DNA from: Chloropicon primus
Lineage: Eukaryota
DNA: 64,000 nucleotides
Direction of reading: 5' to 3'
NCBI GenBank assembly: GCA_023205875.1
Contig: CP060763.1
Location: 496,001 to 560,000 of the forward strand
Positions 19,946 to 29,112 of this stretch are shown in pieces. Within the stretch, counting starts at the first letter, position 1. Every line of letters begins with the position of its first letter. A program made the translations under genes and the position numbers. The notes beneath the pieces were generated by a model. It worked only from the letters and a program-made list of their open reading frames with translations, searched no databases and was not told the origin of the DNA.

Positions 19946-21115
19946 ATGGAGTCGATGGAGCGAGTGAAGGAGTTAGAGGAGAAGCTAGCGGAGGTGAGGA
20001 GCCAGAGGGATGCGCTGGAGAAGGACGTGGAAGCCTTGTGCATGCAGAACGGAGACTTCTCTGGTTCGGATGTCTTGGCCAACCGTATCAGTCGTCTGGA
20101 AGCGAACTTGAGGCGGAGCGAAGGTGCAGTGGCGAGCGTGTCCAAGGAGCGTGATGGGTTGGAGTTGGACCTGAGGAAGGAGGTGAGGAACAAGAGCAAG
20201 CTGGAGGAGAGCCTGAGAGCGGAAAGGGAGAAGAACGCCGGGTTGGAGAAGGAGTTGCAGTATTATTTGGTCCAGAGCGGGACGGTGATTGCGGAAAGGG
20301 ACTCGGCGGGGATAGAGAGGGAGAAGGCGGTCAAGGAGGCCTCCGAGGCGAGGAGGGCGTTGTCGTCCGCGCAGGTGGAGATGGCGAGCCTGAGGGAGAA
20401 GCTCGAAGGTGCCGTCGCGGACAAGGAAGGCTTGGAGCAACGGTGCGTGAAGCTCTCGGCCCAGGCGGCGGAGAGCAAGAAGCTGGAGCCGCTGCAACTG
20501 GAGTTGGGGGAGGCACGGGACAAGCTGGGAGCGGCGGAAGGAGCCATCGAGGAGTTGAGGGAGGAGAGGGACAGAGCGAACGAGGCGCTCGCCGAGGAGC
20601 GGCAGGCCCGCGAAGAGGCGGACGGCTCCCAGAAGAAGGCCAAGGAGGCGCTCGAGGAGAGGGCTCTGAAGCTGGAGGAGATCATAGCGGACACCGTGCA
20701 AGAGAAGAACAAGACAAAGGACGAGCTGGAGAACCAGACCCTCGTCGTGCAGCACTTGAAGCCCAAGCTGGAAGAGGCGAGCATGAAAATTGACATTCTG
20801 GAGAGGCTGAGGAGACTCTTCGTCGAGGAATACAGAAAGCGGGTCCAATTCATCGAGTCGAGCTCCTACGAGGACCTGTCGAACATCGTGTTTGACTCCA
20901 AAAAGATCGACGAGATTGTGCAGCAAGGCTCTTGCGAGGGGGAGATAGCATTGCTGATCAGCGACTGGACGAACCTGCTGAAGGAGATTCTCGAGGCTCA
21001 GTACGAGTCCAACACTTACAAGCAGCTTCTCGCGCAGTCCAAAGTGAAACTGGCCCAAGCGACGGCGGAAAAGGTTGAAGCCATGCTCAAGCTGAGCAAC
21101 GCTGTCAACCTGTGA
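19946..21115 (+). CDS. Coiled-coil protein resembling the plant myosin-heavy-chain-related MEE13 family
   Basis: Motifs DALEKDVEALCMQ, IAERD and C-terminal EKVEAML resemble the plant family (from recall). Confidence 0.6.
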   Translation: MESMERVKELEEKLAEVRSQRDALEKDVEALCMQNGDFSGSDVLANRISRLEANLRRSEGAVASVSKERDGLELDLRKEVRNKSKLEESLRAEREKNAGLEKELQYYLVQSGTVIAERDSAGIEREKAVKEASEARRALSSAQVEMASLREKLEGAVADKEGLEQRCVKLSAQAAESKKLEPLQLELGEARDKLGAAEGAIEELREERDRANEALAEERQAREEADGSQKKAKEALEERALKLEEIIADTVQEKNKTKDELENQTLVVQHLKPKLEEASMKIDILERLRRLFVEEYRKRVQFIESSSYEDLSNIVFDSKKIDEIVQQGSCEGEIALLISDWTNLLKEILEAQYESNTYKQLLAQSKVKLAQATAEKVEAMLKLSNAVNL

Positions 21116-21166
21116 TCGAATTTCGCTCGCTGGTGAGCGGGGCTATTTATTGTTTAACGAAGACCT

Positions 21167-22309
21167 TTAGACGTACCAAGCGTTGCTTAACTTCTTCCTG
21201 AACTCCTTCACAAGGTCGTTGTCGCTCCCGAGGAGGTCAAAGAATTTGACGAGGGTCACCCGCCCGGCTTCGTCGTTCCACGCCTTGTCCTTCTTCACGA
21301 TCAAGAGCGCCGCTTCCATTGCCTCCCTCGCATGCCCTTCCACGAACAAGGCGGATGCGTACCTGTGCAAATGCTCCAGGTTGCCTGGCTCGCTCTGGAC
21401 CAGGACTTCCAGCTCCTCGAGGCTCTCCTTCCATTGCTCTCCGTACAGCTCGAGCCGCGCCTTCAAGGCCTCCAGCTCCCCGAACTTTTGGTTGTCATCG
21501 CAGTCCTCTTCTGCTGACTTGACCAACTCCTTTGCTATCTCGATGTTCTTCTCCTTCAAGGCGCACAGCGCAAGACCCACCTTGCTTCTGATCGTGTCCT
21601 GCTGCGTGGCTCCCTCGGAAGAGAGGACGCCGGAGAAGAATTGGGCGGCCTCAGCGACGGCAGGAAAACCTTCCTCCTTGAGCTTCTCCAGGTACTTTGT
21701 GATGAGATCTTTCGTGTCTTCCGCGCTCGATGGCGCGTCGTCGTCCTCCGTCCCTTCGTCCTCCTGTGGCTTTGCGCTCGACTTGAGCCCCTCTATCATC
21801 TTCACGTACGCTCCAAACTTGTCATCATCGGGCAAGCCTATGATGACGCTGTTGGCGATAATCTGGCCATCGTAGACAGCCATCATTGTCGGCAAGCTCG
21901 ATATCTTCAAGTGGGACACGAGAGGAGCGAGTTCCTGGGCTTCCACGTCGATCTTTGCGACTTGGAAACCTCCACCGGAGAGCTTCGCGGCCTTCTCAAG
22001 CTTTGGTGAGAGCTGCTTGCAAGGCCCGCACCAGTCGGCGTAAAAGTCTAGTATGATGGGAGACACCTTGGATGCCTCTGCCAGGGACTGAAAGTCTTGC
22101 ATCGACCCCACTTCGATGAATCCCTTCGTCTGGCCTCCCTCGCTGTACCTCCTCATGCCGAGGGTCGGCAGCAACTTCTGCAGCCTGAGTCCCTTCACGG
22201 AGCCACAGCTTCGTGCCGCGGAGGCCTCAACGGAAAGGAGGTCAGAAGAAACAATACCTTGCCTGCATCCCCTTCCTACCAACGCGCAAAGGCTCCGAAC
22301 CAGCGCCAT
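21167..22309 (-). CDS. Thioredoxin-TPR chaperedoxin (YbbN/CnoX-like), probably mitochondrial
   Basis: DFYADWCGPCK thioredoxin domain plus a YbbN-type C-terminus (WNDEAGRVTLVKFFDLLG...EFRKKLS); presequence-like N-terminus. Confidence 0.85.
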   Translation of the reverse strand: MALVRSLCALVGRGCRQGIVSSDLLSVEASAARSCGSVKGLRLQKLLPTLGMRRYSEGGQTKGFIEVGSMQDFQSLAEASKVSPIILDFYADWCGPCKQLSPKLEKAAKLSGGGFQVAKIDVEAQELAPLVSHLKISSLPTMMAVYDGQIIANSVIIGLPDDDKFGAYVKMIEGLKSSAKPQEDEGTEDDDAPSSAEDTKDLITKYLEKLKEEGFPAVAEAAQFFSGVLSSEGATQQDTIRSKVGLALCALKEKNIEIAKELVKSAEEDCDDNQKFGELEALKARLELYGEQWKESLEELEVLVQSEPGNLEHLHRYASALFVEGHAREAMEAALLIVKKDKAWNDEAGRVTLVKFFDLLGSDNDLVKEFRKKLSNAWYV

Positions 22310-22569
22310 GTTCAACCGAATACACCACCACCACCTTGCCCAAGCGACCAATCCTGCTTCACCCCTTCCTCCTCTCGTCGAAATCCTTCAACCAAGGTAT
22401 GAAACGAAAGACCTCGAGATGTACTATCGCGTCCTTTGGTCCCCTCCCCCCTCACTCTTCCCCCTCGCCCTCTCCTCGGGTCCTCTCTCCTCCTCTCTCT
22501 CTCCTCTCTGCGTCAGCGCCGAGTCCTTCATATATCAGGGAGGCCCTTTCGACGCTCGGGTGGACGAGG

Positions 22570-23864
22570 ATGAACGCTTTGAGGAGAGCCTTCGTCACGA
22601 GGGTGGCCAAGGTAAGACGAGGACCGGCGCACACATGGCTAGACTTCGCACCTCTTTCCGCCTCCTTGTCGTCTTCTCTCCTCTTGCCTCGTTCGCTCGT
22701 TCCTTGGTTGGTTCCTTCATCTTCATGGTTTTGTTTGTTGACTCCCATCCTCTTTCTTCTTTGCGATGATGGTGTTTGGCCATGGCGATGACTCTTCTCG
22801 TTGCGTGTTGGTGATGGCGTTCGTTGCAGTGGCCGGCCGTAACGGTGGTCGAGAGGGGGTATGCCTCGCAGACGGAGATGACGGTGAGAGATGCGTTGAA
22901 CTCCGCCCTTGCCGAGGAGATGAGGAAGGACGATAAGGTGTTTGTCATGGGAGAAGAGGTGGGAGAGTACCAGGGTGCGTACAAGATTACTCGAGGACTC
23001 CTGCAGGAGTTCGGGGCGGAGAGGGTCTACGACACCCCCATTACCGAAGCGGGGTTCACGGGGCTGGCCGTGGGTGCTGGGTTCTCGGGACTCAAGCCGG
23101 TCGTGGAGTTCATGACCTTCAACTTTGCCATGCAAGCCATCGACCAGATTATCAACTCTGCGGCCAAGACGCTGTACATGTCTGCCGGAACCATCAGCTG
23201 CCCGATCGTTTTCAGGGGGCCGAACGGTGCCGCGGCTGGTGTCGGGGCCCAACACTCCCAGTGCTTCGGAGCGTGGTACAGCTCCTGCCCGGGCTTGAAG
23301 GTTCTCGCGCCTTACGATTGTGAGGATGCCAGGGGACTCCTCAAGGCAGCTATTCGGGACCCGGATCCAGTGATCTTCTTGGAGAATGAGCTCCTTTACG
23401 GAAACTCTTACCCCGTGGACGACAAGATCTTAGACGTTGACTTCACCCTGCCCATTGGCAAGGCCAAAGTCATGAGAGAGGGCACGGACGTCACCCTGGT
23501 CGCCTTCAGCAAGATGGTGGGCTACTCTCTGGAGGCGGCCGAGGTGCTCGCGGAGAAGGGAATAAGCGCCGAGGTCATCAACCTGAGGACTCTGAGGCCT
23601 TTGGACAGGGAGACCATCATGAAGTCTATCGTCAAGACCTCGAGGATAGTTTCCGTGGAGGAGGGTTGGCCCCAGAGCGGAATCGGATCGGAGATCACGG
23701 CCGTGGCGAACGAGGAAGCGTTTGACCACCTGGACGCGCCGGTGGAGAGAGTGACGGGGGCCGACATCCCAACGCCTTACGCCGCAAACCTGGAGAAGAG
23801 TGCCTTCCCCACCGTGGACGACATCGTGACCGCGGCGGAGAGGGCGTGCTACAGGAGCAAGTGA
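22570..23864 (+). CDS. PDHB: Pyruvate dehydrogenase E1 beta subunit, mitochondrial; exons 22570-22611 and 22830-23864
   Basis: Motifs [38 protein letters not shown] and AQHSQ. GTAAG donor at 22612 and CAG acceptor ending at 22829 give an in-frame join. Confidence 0.97.
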
Positions 23865-24292
23865 TTATTACTTGTGAGGAACAAAGAAGAGGAGGAGGAA
23901 GAAGAAGAAGTATTTTTTTAGAAAGCCTTCCCTGCTGTACTCGTGATTTTTTTTTCGCGCAAGCCCCTTCTCCTCGTTCGTGTGGTCCTGTATATCTATA
24001 TCACTCAACCTTCCTTGCCCCGTCTCCCAAGCAAGTGAAAGAGCCCTCTCTCTCTCTCAGGGGGAGGAGGGAGAGAACAACGTGATGCAGGAAGGGGAAC
24101 AGGAGGTCAGGCCACGATCCCCTCGCTTTCCAGTTCCCTCCCCTGGACATCCACACCCGCATTGCCCCATACGTCCCTTTCCCCTCACAAAAGTGGAGAC
24201 AGAGGTGAGGAGACGTGGCCGAGCGACGGAGAGAGAGAAGAGAGAGAGAAGAGAGAGAGAAGAGAGAGAGAAGAGAGAGAGAAGAGAGAGAG

Positions 24293-25252
24293 ATGGAGAA
24301 GCAGCCGTACTACCAGCGGACGTCGCAGTACGACCCCGAGATGGGCTACGGAAAGACGGAGGAGGAGGGAGGATACGCGACCTACATGGAAAAGCAGGTG
24401 AGTAAAAAAGGACTCTCACCCTTCTGCTGCTGGGTGGTGATTCCGACGGTTGGAGGGACTCGCACTGACAGCTTCCGTCGTTCGCTCGTTTTCTCTTTTG
24501 TTCTCTTCGTGGATGCTTTCAGGTCAGGCACGGGTTCATCAGAAAGGTTTTCAGCATCCTGGCGATTCAGCTCTTTGTGACCTTTGGTTGCGCCATCGGG
24601 TTCTCCTCGAGTGCGAGCCTCAAGACTTACCTCACGACGAACAGCTGGCCCTTCTACATTGCCTTCCCTGGCATGATTGGTGAGTGCCTTTTTTTCCTGC
24701 GGCGAACCAGAGCTTGAACCGTTTCACTGACTCAAACTCCTCGCTTTTTTGTGTGCAGGTTCCATGATTGGCCTGCTCTGCTGCGGAGATATGCACAGGA
24801 GGTTCCCGTACAACTACATGCTGCTCTCGATTTTCACGTTCGCAGAGTCCTACCTGGTCGGCGTGACGACGCTCATGTACGAAACGGAGACGGTTCTCAT
24901 TGCGGTCGCCCTCACCGGTGTCCTCACCGCAGCTTTGGTGGGTTACGCCTTCCAAACGAAGTACGACTTCACCACGCAAGGAGGAGTTTTGCTTTGCGTT
25001 CTGATCTCATTCATTCTGTTCGGCATCATGGCATCATTCATGCCGTACAGCAAGATCGCGCACCTCGCTTTTGCCTCCGTGGGCGCTCTCATCTTCGCCT
25101 GCTACATCGTCGTGGACGTCCAGCTGCTGATGGACGGGAAGAGGGTGCAGCTGAGCCCAGACGACTACGTCCTTGCGGCCCTCAACCTGTACTTGGATAT
25201 CCTCAATCTGTTCTTGTATATTTTGCAGATTTTGGGCGAGTCTCAAAGGTAA
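24293..25252 (+). CDS. Lifeguard/BI1-like TMBIM membrane protein; exons 24293-24397, 24523-24679, 24759-25252
   Basis: Motifs VRHGFIRKVFSIL, FPYNY.LL and SPDDYVLAALNLYLDILNLF; canonical splice sites keep frame. Confidence 0.92.
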
Positions 25253-25583
25253 CCCGTCGACGTCGTACGGTGCCTTGGGTTTGGGGTTCAGGGAAGGAAA
25301 AGAAAAAGACAAAAGAACAACAACAAAAAGTAATTTTGAGTACAACAACATATTATAGATTAATTCAACTAACCACAGTCTGGCAGGTGTGTTGGACCTA
25401 CCACCCTGTCCCCTCTCTCCCTTGCCCTCTCGTCCTCTTGGATGGATGCACTCCCCTCCTCCCCTCCTCTCCTCTCTCCTCAGCAAAGCAAAGCAAAGCA
25501 ATCAATCTCGGTTCGGCTGGGGCGAGGGCGAGGGAGGGAGGCTGAAGGGGTTCCTCCGGTCGGGAAGGGGTTCCTCCGTCAAC

Positions 25584-27653
25584 ATGGATATGCTACCGTA
25601 CGTCGACTCGCTCATCAAAGAGTACTTTCTCTTTCGTGGGTTCACGTCCTCGTATCATGCTTTCGAACTGGACTCGAGCTCGGACAAGAGCAAAGTGTTC
25701 AACGTCGAGGAGTGTGCCTCCCTCCTGCTGGACACGTTTCTGCCCAACTTCCAGAGCAAGAGGATGGTTTCCTTGTGCCAATTTCTGGAGTCGAACATCT
25801 TCTCGAAGCTTGAGCCGGAGCTGCAACAAGCTTTCAAGAGGCTCACCGCCTCGTTGTACAAAAAGTATTTGGTGAACGCCATCACCAACAAGCGGGTGGA
25901 CAAAGTCACGGAGCTGTTCGATCACGTGGCGGGGAGGCTGAGGCAGCAGCCAGAGGAGTGGAGCCCGTGGTTCTCGATCCAGTACGTGAAGAACCCGGAG
26001 AAACACCCTGACTTCGAGCTCTACTTCACCGCAGATTGGGCCAGCAACCTGAGGGTGTCCTTGCAGAACTTGCTGTCTCGGGCGTTCCACAAGGTGCCCC
26101 TGCCGAGCATCCTGCGGTTCCACTTGGACAGATTGTACAGGCGAAACTTGCAGCTCCGGATCGAGGCCCTCCAAGTCGAGAAGACCCGCTTAGAGACTTT
26201 GCTGTCCATCCAGAACGGAGACGAGGGCGGCGTCGTGGCACGCCACCAGCCTCTCCAGACAAAGGCACCGGTCGCAAACGGGAGCCACAAGGGTGGTGGC
26301 GAGGCTATGGAAACCCAGGGCTTGGTGGGATTGAACAACGGCCAGGTGCTGCACGTGGACAAAAAAGATGGTCATGATGCTCTGGAGGTTCAGTTGGAAA
26401 ACCTGCCCACGGATTTGTTTGACGCGCTATCGGATGGAGGGAGAAGCGAAGAGACGGCGGACAACAAGTCTCCTACTGCTCGAACCCCAACCACGCTGGC
26501 GTCTTCCCCCAGTCCCAGCACAGTGAAGAGCGCCGAGAATGAGGACGAGAATACGTTTGGGGGAGAGGAGTTGAGTAAGTTGGAGCCCGCGCGGCAGCCC
26601 TCACCGCCGCTCTCAGAGGAAACCGCGACGGAGGTGGAGGCGGAGGCGGAAGGAAAGGGGCCAGAGACCCTCGAAGCGAATGCGCTGGAGCTCGAGCTCG
26701 TCTCGGACTTTGAGGGGCACGAGGCCCCGATCACTTGCTGCAGGTGTTCGCCCGACGGGGAGAACGTCGCAAGCTCTTCGTCCAATGGGACGGTGAGAAT
26801 CTGGAGCGCGGACGATGCCCCGAGCACGAGGAATGTGACCATCCGATGCAGCTGCAACGTGCTTTGCTTGGAGTGGGAGCCGCGGAGGAAGAAGCTTGTG
26901 CTTCTAGGGACTTCCATGGGGACGGTAAAGGGGTGGAACGTCGATTCAAAGCGATTCGTCTTCGACGTGGAGATCCACAAGGAGCTGACGGATGTCATCA
27001 GCGTGAAATGCAGCCCCTCCGACACCGTTTTCGCTGTCATTGCGTCCACGAAGGAGAGGGGAGAGGGCCGCAGGGGCAGCCTTTCCCTCTGGAACTCGAG
27101 GAGTTTCTCCAAAATCGGGAACTTGACGTTGGGAAAGGAAGAGGACCTCGACTCGCCTGTCAACTGCGTCGCTTTCAGCCACACCGGCCGCACGGTAGCA
27201 GCCGGAAGCGTTGACGGAATGGTGAGCATGTACGACTGCGCGAGCAGGAGCGCTGTGGCGGGTTTCCCTGTCAGTGGCGATGCCTCGATCGCTGATCTTA
27301 AATTCGGGAAGAATGACGAGTCCTTGTGGACCCTCAGCACGGAGGGCAAGGTGCAAGAGTGGAAGCTCTCCACGTCGGAACTCCTCAGGGAAGTGGACCT
27401 CCTCAAATACCAGCGAGATGCCTGCGTTTCTATGGTCAACGAGATTGTGGTCGATTCCTCGGGCAGCTTTCTGGCAGCCACCCTGGGAAAGTCAGGGATA
27501 ATCCTCGAGCTTGGTGCCGACTCGCAGAGCACTGCCGTGGTGGAAACCGACTTGGATTCGGTGGTGTCCATGGACTGGCGTCCAAACTCCACAGAGGTCG
27601 TGGCGGGATCGGACGCCGCCACCGTCATTCACATATACAACGTTCTTTCATAA
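25584..27653 (+). CDS. WDR91: WD repeat protein 91 homolog
   Basis: N-terminus VDSLIKEYFLFRGF is characteristic of WDR91, followed by C-terminal WD40 repeats. Confidence 0.85.
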   Translation: MDMLPYVDSLIKEYFLFRGFTSSYHAFELDSSSDKSKVFNVEECASLLLDTFLPNFQSKRMVSLCQFLESNIFSKLEPELQQAFKRLTASLYKKYLVNAITNKRVDKVTELFDHVAGRLRQQPEEWSPWFSIQYVKNPEKHPDFELYFTADWASNLRVSLQNLLSRAFHKVPLPSILRFHLDRLYRRNLQLRIEALQVEKTRLETLLSIQNGDEGGVVARHQPLQTKAPVANGSHKGGGEAMETQGLVGLNNGQVLHVDKKDGHDALEVQLENLPTDLFDALSDGGRSEETADNKSPTARTPTTLASSPSPSTVKSAENEDENTFGGEELSKLEPARQPSPPLSEETATEVEAEAEGKGPETLEANALELELVSDFEGHEAPITCCRCSPDGENVASSSSNGTVRIWSADDAPSTRNVTIRCSCNVLCLEWEPRRKKLVLLGTSMGTVKGWNVDSKRFVFDVEIHKELTDVISVKCSPSDTVFAVIASTKERGEGRRGSLSLWNSRSFSKIGNLTLGKEEDLDSPVNCVAFSHTGRTVAAGSVDGMVSMYDCASRSAVAGFPVSGDASIADLKFGKNDESLWTLSTEGKVQEWKLSTSELLREVDLLKYQRDACVSMVNEIVVDSSGSFLAATLGKSGIILELGADSQSTAVVETDLDSVVSMDWRPNSTEVVAGSDAATVIHIYNVLS

Positions 27654-27787
27654 CTGTGTGTAATTTATCATCGTCCTCATGCAGTGCATCGCCAAACCAT
27701 CCACCCCCATCGTTCCTCTGTGTCTCCTGGAAGATTTCTCCAAGATGCGGGAATCTATATCGATATTTTACAGGCTCGGAGACCGGG

Positions 27788-28960
27788 CTACTGCCTTCGC
27801 TTCCTCTTGCGGAAGGAGATCTTCCCTGTTGGCTTCGTGTCGCACGAGCTCGCCAGCCTCTTGACGAGGTCCTCCTTCTTGCCAGAGGTCCGAAAGCCGC
27901 GGCTCTTGGCCATTTCTCGTAGCTCCCGGACCGTGAGCTTGGCCATCTTGCCGAGCTCAAGGGTTGACTCCTCGACGAGGGCGATGTGCTCGACGTTCCT
28001 CTTCTCGCCGGCGGCCAGTTTCTCCAAGGCGGCGTCGAGGGCCGAGGCCGGCGCCTCGGGAGCGCAGCGACTGACGAAGGGCTGGTGGGGCTTCGCCTGG
28101 CGAAGCTTGGACTTGCGATCGGCCGAGAGATTGCTCCCCTTTCCGAGGACCTGGCAGGTGGGGCAAGCGTAGCACGTCCGGCCCCCCATGTCCCACGTGC
28201 TTATCCTCGTCCCGCACCTTCCGCACGAGGAGTGGTTGTAAATGTACCGCCTCGTCCAGGGCTCCGGCAGGCCCTCCTCCGGGTCCACGGTGAGGATGCT
28301 GCCCGTCTCGAAGCCTCTGAGGAGGAGCTCCTTCGATATTTCCCAAATCGTCGTGAAGGACTCGTAGTCTATGGACGCGCCCGGGGTCTCGGGGTGAACG
28401 CCCGCTTTGAACAGGACCTCTGCCCTGTAAATATTTCCCAAGCCGGCGATGACGCTTTGGTCCATGAGGAGCATGCCCACCGACTTCCTCGACGTTTTGA
28501 ACGCCTCCCAGACCAGGTTCTTGTCAGCGTCATCCCTCAGAGGATCCTGACCGAGGCTCCTCCTCTTCTTCTCGTAAAGGTCCAGCCCACCGTGGTTGAC
28601 GGTCATGGCGGACAAGTGCGCCACGAGGCCGTCCTTCTCGTTCACCAGCTCGAGCCTCGTGTTCTTCGTGGCCTCCAGGGTCCCCCTCGTCGCCGTCTTG
28701 AACTGGCCACTCATGCCAAAGTGAACGTGAACCACCGTGGTCGCGTCCTTGCCCGAGGGCGATTGCTTCGAGGGCTGCTGGTCACTCCAAAAGTAGAACA
28801 GGTTCTTGCCAATGGCTTCGATCCTTGCGAGTGTTTTCATATTGATGAGCTTTGCTCCTAGTGCGAACCTCCCATTGGGTGAATTGGCTTGAAACACTTT
28901 CCCGAGCAAGATCTTCCTGTGCCTGTGAGCGACCCTGTGCACGCCGTGTCCCTCCACCAT
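27788..28960 (-). CDS. Fpg/Nei family DNA glycosylase/AP lyase with zinc finger and C-terminal SAP-like domain
   Basis: N-terminal MVEGH, GKNLF, HFGMSG, H2TH motif LMDQSVIAGLGNIYRAEVLF, CxxC...CPTCQ and SAP-like LTVRELREMAKSRGFRTSGKKEDLVKRL. Confidence 0.92.
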   Translation of the reverse strand: MVEGHGVHRVAHRHRKILLGKVFQANSPNGRFALGAKLINMKTLARIEAIGKNLFYFWSDQQPSKQSPSGKDATTVVHVHFGMSGQFKTATRGTLEATKNTRLELVNEKDGLVAHLSAMTVNHGGLDLYEKKRRSLGQDPLRDDADKNLVWEAFKTSRKSVGMLLMDQSVIAGLGNIYRAEVLFKAGVHPETPGASIDYESFTTIWEISKELLLRGFETGSILTVDPEEGLPEPWTRRYIYNHSSCGRCGTRISTWDMGGRTCYACPTCQVLGKGSNLSADRKSKLRQAKPHQPFVSRCAPEAPASALDAALEKLAAGEKRNVEHIALVEESTLELGKMAKLTVRELREMAKSRGFRTSGKKEDLVKRLASSCDTKPTGKISFRKRKRRQ

Positions 28961-29016
28961 GGCTCTCGAGTTGTGTTGGTGTTGGTTGGTTCCCCTCCCT
29001 CCACGTCCCTCCTGGA

Positions 29017-29045
29017 TTTTAGGTTTTAGGGTTTAGGTTTTAGGG
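29017..29045. repeat. Interstitial telomere-like (TTT[T]AGG[G])4 / telo-box cluster
   Basis: TTTTAGG TTTTAGGG TTTAGG TTTTAGGG lies in the ~150-bp divergent promoter. Confidence 0.75.
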
Positions 29046-29112
29046 TTTTTCCCAAACCTTTTCAAACCTTGAAGGACAGATAGGGGAGCAGGAGGACGAG
29101 GCCCGGGCCAAG

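Noticed and set aside
24229..24292. GA-rich repeat before the Lifeguard ATG (also at 1990, 15945, 61675)
   Set aside because: Ordinary UTR or intron microsatellites for this genome.
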